Under the pieces are notes generated by a model, which ran no database searches, was not told the DNA's origin, and saw only the letters and a program-made list of their open reading frames with translations. From Kineococcus radiotolerans SRS30216 = ATCC BAA-149 (GTDB lineage Bacteria; Actinomycetota; Actinomycetes; Actinomycetales; Kineococcaceae), in the NCBI RefSeq assembly GCF_000017305.1, contig NC_009664.2:750001-782000 (forward strand): 32,000 nucleotides of DNA. Direction: 5' to 3'. This document shows positions 19,051-27,600 of the stretch, piece by piece (position 1 is the stretch's first letter; every line of letters begins with the position of its first letter). The translations under genes and the position numbers were made by a program.

Positions 19051-20229
19051 ATGGACACCACGCCACCGGGAGCACCCGCCCCGTCCACCGCCCGGCCACC
19101 TCGCCGCCACCTGCACGAGATCGACGTCGTGCGGCTGGCGACGTTCACGGCCGTCATCGCCCTGCACTCCCTGGGCTCGGTGGCCGAGGCCGAGGTCGGC
19201 ACCGGCGCGGTCCTGCAGCTGCTGCACTTCGGCCGGGAGACGTTCTTCGTCGTCACCGGCTTCGTGCTGGTGCTCACCGGCCTCGGCAAGGACCTGCGCG
19301 CCAACACCGCCACCCTGCGCTTCTGGCGGAAGCGGTTCGCGCTGGTCGGCCTGCCCTACGCCGTGTGGACGGTCGTGTACTGGGCGACGCGGCTGAGCGG
19401 GGCGTCCCCCTGGAGCGGGCAGTCCCTGGGGAACCTGCTCTCGGACCTGGTGCACGGCACGGCCCGCTACCACCTGTACTTCCTGCAGATCTCGATGCAG
19501 GTGTACCTGGTCCTGCCGCTGCTGCTGTGGTTCGTGCGCCGGACCCGGGAGCACCACCTCGCGGTGCTGGTGGTCAGCGCCGCCCTGCAGGTGGTCTGGT
19601 TCGTCCTGCTGCGCCACGTCCCGGCCCCGGGGGGCTGGGCGCAGAACCTGTGGACCTCGCCCAACCAGCTGCTGCTGACCTACCAGTTCTACCTGCTGCT
19701 CGGGGCGGTCGCCGCCTACCGCTACGACCGGGTGACCGCGTGGGTCCGGGCGCGCCCGCGGGCGGTGGCGCTCGTCGTCGGCGCGGCCCTGCTGCTGGAC
19801 CTGGGCGTCTACGCGGTGCAGGTGGCGGTGGGGGTGGACCCGCTGGTGGCCGCCGAGCCCCTGCAACCGGTGTTCGTGCTGTGGGGCCCGGCGGCCTGCC
19901 TGGGGCTCCTCGCGCTCGGGCTGCACCACGCGCGGCGGCGGCGCCCGGGCCCGGTGGCCACCACCGTCGGGGAGGCCGCGCGGATCTCCTTCGGGGTGTA
20001 CCTCGCCCACCCGCTGGTCCTGACGGGCACGCTGGACCTCCTCGGGCTCGCCCACGGGGCGTCGGGGCTGCCCGTGGCCCTCGCGGTGGTGATCGCCTGG
20101 GTCTGCACCACGCTGGGGTCGGCGGCGCTGGTGGAGCTGCTGAGCCGCACGCCCGTCGCGGTCGCCTTCACCGGCCGGCCCCGGGTGGCCCGGGCGCGCC
20201 CCCCGGAGCGCGTGGGCGCGGGGTCCTGA
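19051..20229 (+). CDS. Acyltransferase family 3 integral membrane protein (O-acyltransferase)
   Basis: 392 aa with about 10 hydrophobic segments. N-terminal HLHEIDVVRLATFTAVIALH is the R/H motif region of acyltransferase_3. Other matches are FFVVTGFVL, YHLYFLQ and SFGVYLAHPL. Confidence 0.75.
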   Translation: MDTTPPGAPAPSTARPPRRHLHEIDVVRLATFTAVIALHSLGSVAEAEVGTGAVLQLLHFGRETFFVVTGFVLVLTGLGKDLRANTATLRFWRKRFALVGLPYAVWTVVYWATRLSGASPWSGQSLGNLLSDLVHGTARYHLYFLQISMQVYLVLPLLLWFVRRTREHHLAVLVVSAALQVVWFVLLRHVPAPGGWAQNLWTSPNQLLLTYQFYLLLGAVAAYRYDRVTAWVRARPRAVALVVGAALLLDLGVYAVQVAVGVDPLVAAEPLQPVFVLWGPAACLGLLALGLHHARRRRPGPVATTVGEAARISFGVYLAHPLVLTGTLDLLGLAHGASGLPVALAVVIAWVCTTLGSAALVELLSRTPVAVAFTGRPRVARARPPERVGAGS

Positions 20230-20241
20230 GGGAGCCCGCGG

Positions 20242-21147
20242 TCAGCCGGCGGCGGCGAGGACGAGCAGCGGCTTGGCCCCGCGGGCGGTGTCGCCGAGCA
20301 GGGCGACCAGGGTGCCGTCGGGGGCGAAGGCGCCGACCGGGCCCGGGTGCTCCCCCGCCCGGAGGAAGCCGCCGTGGGAGACGGTGGCGACTTCCGCCAC
20401 GGTGAGCTCGCGGGCCGGGAACAGCCGGCGGGCCACCAGGGCCAGCGGCTGCACGACCGGGTCCTGCTCGACCTGTTCCAGGGTGCGCGCCTCCTCGATG
20501 CCGAACGGGCCCGAGCGGGTGCGCCGCAGCGCCGTGAGGTGCCCGCCCACCCCCAGGGCGGCGCCGAGGTCGCGGGCCAGCGCCCGCACGTAGGTGCCGC
20601 TGGACACCTCGACGACGACGTCGAGGTCGAGGAACCCGCCCTCCGCGCGGCGCTGGAGCACGTCGAAGCGGGAGACCGTCACCGGTCGGGCGGGCAGGTC
20701 GACCTCCTGGCCGCCGCGGACCCGCGCGTAGCTGCGCTGGCCGTCGACCTTGATGGCGCTGACCGAGCTGGGCACCTGCTGGAGGTCCCCGGTCAGCGCC
20801 GAGACCGCGGCGGCGACGGCGTCGGGGGCGAGGGCCGAGGCGTCGGCGGGGGCGCCGAGCGGTTCGCCCTCGGCGTCGTCGGTGACCGTGGCCAGCCCCA
20901 GCCGGATCGTGGCGGCGTAGGCCTTGTCGTGGGCGACGAGGTGGGTGAGGAACTTCGTCCCCCGGTTGGCCCCGAGCACGAGGACCCCGGTCGCCGCGGG
21001 GTCGAGGGTGCCGGCGTGCCCGACGCGGCGGGTGCCCAGCAGCCGCCGGCAGCGGCCGACGACGTCGTGGCTGGTCCAGCCGCTGGGCTTGTCGACGACG
21101 AGGATGCCGTCGCCCACGCCGGTCCGCTCACCTCCCCGTGCGGTCAC
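20242..21147 (-). CDS. truB: tRNA pseudouridine(55) synthase
   Basis: Motifs are GILVVDKPSGWTSHDVV, GHAGTLDPAATGVLVLG (catalytic Asp) and SAIKVDGQRSY. The chosen start is GTG at 21147 (VTARGGERTGVGDG...), which forms a GTGA overlap with the tetR stop. An alternative in-frame GTG lies 30 nt downstream. The ORF-track start 21456 lies inside tetR. Confidence 0.9.
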   Translation of the reverse strand: MTARGGERTGVGDGILVVDKPSGWTSHDVVGRCRRLLGTRRVGHAGTLDPAATGVLVLGANRGTKFLTHLVAHDKAYAATIRLGLATVTDDAEGEPLGAPADASALAPDAVAAAVSALTGDLQQVPSSVSAIKVDGQRSYARVRGGQEVDLPARPVTVSRFDVLQRRAEGGFLDLDVVVEVSSGTYVRALARDLGAALGVGGHLTALRRTRSGPFGIEEARTLEQVEQDPVVQPLALVARRLFPARELTVAEVATVSHGGFLRAGEHPGPVGAFAPDGTLVALLGDTARGAKPLLVLAAAG

Positions 21148-21698
21148 CTCCCCCGCCCCTTCGCGCTGAGCTGCGCGGCCGAGGCGATCGTCGTCGCCAG
21201 GGCGGTGAGGTCGGGCAGGTCGGGGTGGTTCCAGGCGTCCATCGCGAGCATCACGTTGATCAGCATGCCCTGTGCCACGAAGACCGCGGCGAGCTCGTCG
21301 TCGCCGAACCGCTCGCGGGCGATCCGGTACACGGCGTCCATGCACCCGCGGACGGCGGCCCCGGTGCCCGGTTCGGAGCTCGCGGTGAACCCGTGCATGA
21401 GGACGAGCAGGACGTCGCGGTCCTCGACGAGCTCCAGGTAGGCCCGCCCCAGGCACTCCGCGGCGTCGCCCTCGCGGGGGGCGTCCTCGAACGCGGCGAC
21501 GATGCGGTCGGCGATGCGCTGGAAGAGGGCGTCGAGGAGGGGCTGCTTCCCGCCGAAGGTCCGCACGACGTAGGGCTGGGAGACCCCGGCCTGGCGGGCG
21601 ATCTCGTCGGTGCTGGCGGCGGCGAGCCCGCCGCGGGCGACGACGTGCGCCGCCGCGTCGAGGATCTGCTCGCGCCGGTCCTCCTTCGACATCCTCAC
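21144..21698 (-). CDS. TetR/AcrR-family transcriptional regulator
   Basis: N-terminal helix-turn-helix, RREQILDAAAHVVARGGLAAASTDEIARQAGVSQPYVVRTFGGKQ. It is divergent from the MFS pump. GTG at 21698 or ATG at 21692 could be the start. TACCTT lies 6 nt upstream of the GTG, suggesting a leaderless transcript. Confidence 0.85.
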   Translation of the reverse strand: MRMSKEDRREQILDAAAHVVARGGLAAASTDEIARQAGVSQPYVVRTFGGKQPLLDALFQRIADRIVAAFEDAPREGDAAECLGRAYLELVEDRDVLLVLMHGFTASSEPGTGAAVRGCMDAVYRIARERFGDDELAAVFVAQGMLINVMLAMDAWNHPDLPDLTALATTIASAAQLSAKGRGR

Positions 21699-21764
21699 GT
21701 TGACAAGGTATCAGTCGATGCCTAGCGTGAAGTAATCATCTGATGCCTTCTGGGAGGTCCCCCC
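21699..21764. promoter_or_regulatory. AT-enriched divergent tetR/MFS promoter-operator region
   Basis: Plus strand has TTGACA (21700-21705), a 17-nt spacer and TAGCGT (21723-21728). Minus strand has TACCTT (complement of 21705-21710), 6 nt before the tetR GTG. Two copies of ATCAnnnGATGCC lie at 21710-21722 and 21735-21747. GGGAGG, the Shine-Dalgarno for the pump, lies at 21752-21757. Confidence 0.5.
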
Positions 21765-23201
21765 GTGCCCGACCACCTCGCACCCCGCCGGGTGCACCCC
21801 GCCCTCGCGATCGTCGCGGCCTCGCTGCCCGTGTTCATGGCCACCCTCGACAACCTCGTCGTGACCGGGGCGCTGCCCGTCCTGCACACCGACCTGGGCG
21901 CCTCCCTCGACCAGCTGCAGTGGGTCGTCAACGCCTTCACCCTCACCTTCGCCTCGCTCATGCTCGGCGCCGCCACCGCGGGCGACCGCTGGGGGCGGCG
22001 CAGGGTCTTCCTGCTCGGACTGGTCGTCTTCACCCTCGCCTCGATCGCCGCGGCCCTGGCGGGCAGCCCGGAGGCCCTCATCGCCGCCCGCGCCGTCCAG
22101 GGCGTCGGCGCGGCCGCCATCACCCCGCTCTCCCTGGCCCTGGTCGCCTCCTCCGTCGCCCCCGAACGCCGGGCGGCGGCGATCGGGATCTGGGGCGGGG
22201 TCACCGGCCTCGGCGTCGCGCTCGGTCCCGTCATCGGCGGAGCCGTCGTCGACGGCCTGAGCTGGCAGTGGATCTTCTGGCTCAACGTCCCCGTCGCCGC
22301 GGTCGCGCTGCCGCTGATCCTGCGGGCCCTGCCCGAGTCGCACGGTCGCCGGGTCCCCCTCGACCTCGCCGGTAGCGCGCTCGGCGCCGGGGCCGTCCTC
22401 GGGATCGTCTGGGCCGTCGTGCACGCCGACGCCCACGGCTGGGGGTCCGGCACCGTCCTCGTCCCGCTGGGCCTGGGCGCCCTCGCCCTGCTGGCCTTCC
22501 TCCTCCGGCAGGCCACCGCCCGGTTCCCGCTGCTGCCGCTGCGGCTGTTCCGCTCCCGCGGCTTCAGCGCCGCCAACGCCGTGATGTTCCTCTTCCAGCT
22601 CGGGGCCATGGGCTCGGTGTTCCTGCTGACCCAGGAGCTGCAGATCGCCATGGGCTACACGCCCCTGGAGGCGGGGATCCGGACCCTGCCCTGGACCGCG
22701 CTGCCCATGCTCGTCGCCCCCGTCGCCGGGGTCCTCGCCGGGCGGATCGGGCCGCGACCCCTGCTCGTCACGGGGCTGGCGCTGACCACCGCCGGGCTGG
22801 GCTGGATCGCCGCGCACGTCGACGCGGACACCGTCTACCTCGACCTCGTGCCCGGCCTCGTGCTGGCCGGCCTCGGGACGGCGCTGGTCTTCGCCCCCTC
22901 GGCCACGGCCGTCCTGCACGGGCTCGACGCCGCCGACCACGCCACCGCCAGCTCCACGAACACCACGCTGCGCGAGATCGGCCTCGCCCTGGGCGTCGCC
23001 GTCCTGACCCTGGTGTTCCAGGACGCCGGGGGCTCCCTCACCCCCGCGGGCTTCGTCGCCGGCACCCCCGCGGCCGTGGGGGTCGGCGCGGGAGCCGTGG
23101 CCCTGGCCACGCTGCTCGCGCTCCTCGTCCCCGGTCGCACCGGCGGGGTGCCCTCCCCTCGGCGGGGAGCCGACGCGGTGGCCGTCCCCGTCGCGCGCTG
23201 A
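21765..23201 (+). CDS. MFS transporter, DHA2 (EmrB/QacA-like, 14-TMS) drug:H+ antiporter family
   Basis: 478 aa with LDNLVVTGALPVL, LQWVVNAFTLTFA, GDRWGRRRVFLLGL (motif A) and AARAVQGVGAAAITP. It is paired divergently with the TetR gene. Confidence 0.85.
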   Translation: MPDHLAPRRVHPALAIVAASLPVFMATLDNLVVTGALPVLHTDLGASLDQLQWVVNAFTLTFASLMLGAATAGDRWGRRRVFLLGLVVFTLASIAAALAGSPEALIAARAVQGVGAAAITPLSLALVASSVAPERRAAAIGIWGGVTGLGVALGPVIGGAVVDGLSWQWIFWLNVPVAAVALPLILRALPESHGRRVPLDLAGSALGAGAVLGIVWAVVHADAHGWGSGTVLVPLGLGALALLAFLLRQATARFPLLPLRLFRSRGFSAANAVMFLFQLGAMGSVFLLTQELQIAMGYTPLEAGIRTLPWTALPMLVAPVAGVLAGRIGPRPLLVTGLALTTAGLGWIAAHVDADTVYLDLVPGLVLAGLGTALVFAPSATAVLHGLDAADHATASSTNTTLREIGLALGVAVLTLVFQDAGGSLTPAGFVAGTPAAVGVGAGAVALATLLALLVPGRTGGVPSPRRGADAVAVPVAR

Positions 23202-23216
23202 GCCGCTCGCGCCGCG

Positions 23217-23714
23217 TCAGAAGACCGAGCGCACCAGCGCGGCCAGCACCCCCACCAGCATGAGGAAGGCGACCCCGCAGACGGTGAGGAGGACACCGCC
23301 GGCGCCGTCGCCGAGGACGCTGCCCCCCTCGGCCCGCACGTGCGCGCGGTCGGGGGTGGCGGGGTCGTAGAGCACCTCGGCCGGGCGGCCCGGCACGAAG
23401 GAGCGGTTCCACCGCTGGTCGCCGACGACGACCACGTCGCGCCCGTCGGCCTCGAAGCGGACGACCGGGGCGAACGTCGTCCGGCGCTCGTGCCGGCTGT
23501 GGGCCTGGCTGTCGACGACGACCCCCGTGGTCCGCCGCCCCTCGACCCGCAGGCGGGCGGCGTCGCGCGCCCGCCCGCGCGAGCGCAGGACCGACCGGAC
23601 CCCGCCGGCCACCACGGCCAGACCGAAGAGGCCGACGAGCACCAGGACCACCGCGAACGGCGCCGGCACCGCGCCGGAGGAGACACCCAGGTCGGGGAGC
23701 TGCGACTGGTCCAC
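23217..23714 (-). CDS. DUF3592-like membrane protein
   Basis: 165 aa arranged as TM helix, beta-rich core, TM helix. The core reads TTGVVVDSQ...TTFAPVVRFEADGRDVVVVGD...PGRPAEVLYDPATPDRAHV, matching the DUF3592 pattern from memory. Confidence 0.6.
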   Translation of the reverse strand: MDQSQLPDLGVSSGAVPAPFAVVLVLVGLFGLAVVAGGVRSVLRSRGRARDAARLRVEGRRTTGVVVDSQAHSRHERRTTFAPVVRFEADGRDVVVVGDQRWNRSFVPGRPAEVLYDPATPDRAHVRAEGGSVLGDGAGGVLLTVCGVAFLMLVGVLAALVRSVF

Positions 23715-23752
23715 GACTCAGGGTGCCACGCGCGGCGCTGCGCCGCAGGCGA

Positions 23753-24268
23753 TCAGAGGCGCGGGACGTCCGCCGCGGCGTCCAGCGCGTCCACCGCGTC
23801 GTCGCCGTCGCGGTCGTCCTCGTCGTCCTCGTCCCAGTCGTCGGTGTGGTCGACGGGCTTCTTGTAGGGGTCCGGGTCGCCGGCGGGCTGGGCCGCGGCG
23901 GCGAGCGCGGCGACCCGGGCGTCCTGCTCCGCGGCCTGCTTGAGCAGGTCCTGGATCTGGGTCGCGGTCTCGGGGACCTCGTCCAGGGTGAAGGTCAGCG
24001 TCGGCGTCAACCGGATGCCGGTGCGCTTGCCGACCTCGGAGCGCAGCACGCCCTTGGCGGACTCCAGGGCCAGCGCGGTGCCCTGCTTCTCCTCGTCGCT
24101 GCCGAAGACGGTGTAGAAGAGCGTCGCGTGCTGCAGGTCGTTGGTGACGCGGGCGTCGGTGATGGTCACGAACCCCAGGCGGGGGTCCTTGACGCGCTTC
24201 TCCAGCGCGTCGGCCACGATGACCTTGATCCGGTCGGCGAGCTTGCGGGCGCGGGTGGGATCGGCCAC
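23753..24268 (-). CDS. rbfA: Ribosome-binding factor A with an acidic C-terminal extension
   Basis: Reads ADPTRARKLADRIKVIVADALEKRVKDPRLGFVTITDARVTNDLQHATLFYTV. The GTG follows an AGGAG Shine-Dalgarno. The C-terminal roughly 60 aa are Asp/Glu-rich (DHTDDWDEDDEDDRDGDDAVDALD). Confidence 0.92.
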   Translation of the reverse strand: MADPTRARKLADRIKVIVADALEKRVKDPRLGFVTITDARVTNDLQHATLFYTVFGSDEEKQGTALALESAKGVLRSEVGKRTGIRLTPTLTFTLDEVPETATQIQDLLKQAAEQDARVAALAAAAQPAGDPDPYKKPVDHTDDWDEDDEDDRDGDDAVDALDAAADVPRL

Positions 24269-24289
24269 GGGGAACTCCTGGCTGTGGGG

Positions 24290-24583
24290 TCAGTCGTCCG
24301 ACGACAGGAACTGCCGCCGGGCGGAGAGGATCTGGAACTCGGGGTGCGCGGCCACCAGCCGCTCGCACCGGTCGAGGACGTCGCTGCACCGGGCCGCGTC
24401 CGGCGCCACCACGGCGACGGCGACCTCGGCCCGGCGGTGCAGGTCGAGGTGCCCCGTCTCCGCGGCGGCGACCTCGAAGGAACGGCGCAGCTCGGCGACC
24501 AGCGGCCGCACGACGCTGCGCTTGCCCTTGAGGGAGTGGACGTCGCCCAGCAGCAGGTCGACGGTCAGCGTTGCAGTGAACAT
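24290..24583 (-). CDS. DUF503 (YlxP-like) protein
   Basis: 97 aa reading MFTATLTVDLLLGDVHSLKGKRSVVRPLVAELRRSFEVAAAETGHLDLHRRAEVAV. It holds the conserved position between infB and rbfA. I trimmed the ORF-track start (24616) to the ATG at 24583. Confidence 0.75.
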   Translation of the reverse strand: MFTATLTVDLLLGDVHSLKGKRSVVRPLVAELRRSFEVAAAETGHLDLHRRAEVAVAVVAPDAARCSDVLDRCERLVAAHPEFQILSARRQFLSSDD

Positions 24584-24600
24584 GGCTTCTCGGGGGTGGC

Positions 24601-24633
24601 GGCCGGGCGGGACCACGAGGGTCCCGCCCGGCC
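24601..24633 (-). other. Strong intra-operon hairpin between infB and the DUF503 gene
   Basis: Perfect 14-bp stem GGCCGGGCGGGACC / GGTCCCGCCCGGCC with a 5-nt loop. It lies 20 nt after the infB stop and 17 nt before the DUF503 ATG. No U tract. Confidence 0.5.
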
Positions 24634-24653
24634 ACCGGGTCGAGCGCGTGGCG

Positions 24654-27600
24654 TCAGCCGCGCGGCTTCTCCTGCATCTCGTACGTCTCGATGACGTCGT
24701 CGACTTGGAGGTCGTTGTACGACCCCAGGCCGATGCCGCACTCGTAGCCCTCGCGGACCTCGGTGGCGTCGTCCTTGAAGCGTCGCAGCGACTCGATCGT
24801 CAGGTTGTCCCCGTGCACGACACCCCGGCGCAGGACGCGCGCCTTGGAGTTGCGTCGGATCAGACCCGAGCGGACCAGCGTCCCCGCGATGTTGCCGAAC
24901 TTCGACGAGCGGAAGATCTCGCGGACCTCCGCCGTGCCGAGCTGGACCTCTTCGAACTCGGGCTTGAGCAGACCCTTCAGGGACGCCTCGACGTCCTCGA
25001 TGGCCGCGTAGATGACCGAGTAGAAGCGGATGTCGACGCCCTCGCGGTCGGCGTACTCCTTGGTCTGCTGCTCCGGGCGCACGTTGAACCCGATGATGAT
25101 CGCGTTCGAGGCGACGGCGAGGTTGACGTTGTTCTTCGTCACCGCACCGACACCGCGGTCGATCACCCGCAGCTCGACCTCGTCGCCGACGTCGATCTTG
25201 AACAGCGCGTCCTCGAGGGCCTCGACCGAGCCGGCCCCGTCACCCTTGAGGATGAGGTTGAGGGTCTCGACCTTGCCCTGCTGCAGCGCCTTGGTGAAGT
25301 CCTCCAGCGTGATGCGCTTGCGCGCCTTGGCCAGAGCCGCGTTGCGCTCCTGCGCCTCGCGCTTCTCCGCGATCTGCCGCGCCGTCCGGTCGTCGGGAGC
25401 GACGAGGAAGGTGTCGCCGGCCCCGGGGACCGAGGTGAGGCCCAGGACCTGCACCGGACGCGACGGGGTCGCCTCCTGCACGGCGTCGCCGTTCTCGTCG
25501 AGCATCGCGCGGACGCGGCCGTAGCCGGTCCCCGCGACGATCGCGTCGCCGACGTGCAGCGTCCCGGACTGGACCAGGACGGTGGCGACGGGGCCGCGGC
25601 CCTTGTCGAGGTTGCCCTCGATCGCGATGCCGCGGGCGTCCTTGTCGGAGTTGGCCCGCAGGTCCAGCGAGGCGTCGGCGGTGAGCAGGACGGCCTCGAG
25701 GAGGCTGTCCAGGCCCGTGCCCTGCCGCGCGGAGACGTCGACGAACATCGTGTCGCCGCCGTACTCCTCGGCCACCAGGTTGTACTCGGTCAGCTGCTGC
25801 CGGACCTTGTCCGGGTTCGCGCCTTCCTTGTCGACCTTGTTGACCGCGACGACGATCGGGACGTCGGCCGCCTGGGCGTGGTTGAGCGCCTCGATGGTCT
25901 GGGGCATCACGCCGTCGTCGGCCGCCACCACGAGGATCGCGATGTCGGTCACCTTCGCCCCGCGGGCACGCATGGCCGTGAAGGCCTCGTGACCGGGGGT
26001 GTCGATGAAGGTGATCGGGCGTTCGATCCCCTCGTGCTCCTTGACGACCTGGTAGGCGCCGATGTGCTGGGTGATGCCACCGGCCTCCTTCGCCACGACG
26101 TCGGAGGAGCGGATGGCGTCCAGCAGCTTCGTCTTGCCGTGGTCGACGTGACCCATGACGGTGACGACCGGCGGGCGCGCCGACAGGTCGTCGTCGCCCT
26201 CGGCCTCGAGCTCGGCGTCGAGGTCGATGGAGAACCCGGCGAGCAGCTCGCGCTCCTCGTCCTCCGGGGACACGACCTCGATGACGTAGCCGAGCTCGCC
26301 GCCGAGCAGCTGGAACGTGTCCTCGTCCAGCGACTGCGTCGCGGTCGCCATCTCACCGAGGTGGAAGAGGATCGTGACCAGCGCCGCGGGGTCGGCGTCG
26401 ATGCGCTCGGCGAAGTCGCTCAGCGAGGCGCCGCGACGGATGCGCAGGACCGTGGTCCCGTCACCGTGGCGGACCGAGACGCCGCCGACGGCGGGCGCCT
26501 GCATCGCTTCGTACTCCTGGCGCTTCGCGCGCTTGGACTTGCGGCCCCGCACCGGACGGCCACCGGCGCGACCGAACGCGCCCTGGGTGCCGCCGCGGTT
26601 GCCGCGGGGACCACCGCCGCCACCACCGGGACGACCGGCGAAACCGCCGCCGCCACCACCGGCACTGGGACCACCGGGACGACCGGCGAAGCCACCGCCG
26701 GCGCCACCGCGGGCACCGCCGGGGCCACCGCGGCCCGGAGCACCGGGACGACCCGCGCCGGGACCGGCACCCGGACGGCCGACCGTCGGGCGCGCCGGCA
26801 TCATGCCGGGGTTGGGACGGGGGCCACCCGGACGGGGACCACCGGGACCGGCCGGGGTGGGACGGGGCCCGCCCTGCGGACGCGGCATGCCCTGGTTGGA
26901 CGCGAACGGGTTGTTGCCCGGGCGCGGAGCCCCACCGGGGCGGTCACCCTGCGAACGGGGCATCCCCTGGCTGGGCGCGAACGGGTTGTTGCCCGGGCGC
27001 GGAGCACCGGCCCCGGGACGGGGAGCGCCACCGGGCGCGCCGGGACGACCCGGACGGTCGCCCTGGGGGCGGTCGCCCTGCTGACGCTCGCCCTGGGGAC
27101 GGTCGCTGCGGGGGCGGTCGCCCTGGGGACGGTCACCGCGGTCGGGACGCTCGCTGCGCTCGGGACGGTCGCCCGGGCCGGGACGGCGCGCCCCAGGACC
27201 ACCGGCGCCGGGAGCGCCGGGACGGGCACCGGGAGCACCCGGGCCGCCGGGACGCGCACCGGGACGGGGACCCTGACCGGGACCGCCCGAGACGGGCGGG
27301 GTCGAGGGACGGCCGGCCGGGGCCGGGCGCTGCGGCGCGGGGGCCGCGGGACGCTGGGCGGCGGCCGGACGCTCCGCCGGAGCGGGTGCCGGAGCCTGGA
27401 AGGCCGGGGGTGCGGCCGGCGCGGGGTTCGCGGCCGGCTCCGCCGGGCGCGGCGCGGGGGCCGGTGCCGGGGCGGGGGTGCTCGCAGCGGCGGGTGCCGG
27501 CTGCGGGGGCGCCGGCTGCGCCGGGGCCGGTGCCTGCGGACGCGCCGCGGGTGCGGGACCCGGACGGGCGCCCTGGGGCAGGCGGGGACCCGGCTTGACC

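Noticed and set aside
15997-20055. 712-aa ORF antisense to dxs and 571-aa ORF antisense to pspA and the acyltransferase
   Set aside because: They lie opposite strongly motif-supported genes and show the same compositional artefact.
21711-22940. 409-aa and 309-aa minus-strand ORFs opposite the MFS transporter
   Set aside because: The plus-strand frame gives a coherent 14-TMS DHA2 transporter. The antisense products are Gly/Asp/Glu/Arg-rich, or Ala/Arg/Ser/Thr-rich for the 309-aa ORF, with no hydrophobic segments.
21144-23714. TetR/MFS/DUF3592 block as a mobile genetic element
   Set aside because: There is no integrase, transposase, flanking inverted or direct repeats, or tRNA target. Composition looks native apart from the promoter gap. 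I treat it as a chromosomal accessory insertion only.
26560-27300. Possible CRISPR array or non-coding satellite suggested by the repeats in infB, rimP (29329-29367) and the TPM tail (about 15950-16136)
   Set aside because: All the repeats are in frame within coding sequences, have periods that are multiples of 3, and lack unique spacers of CRISPR size. They are coding low-complexity repeats.
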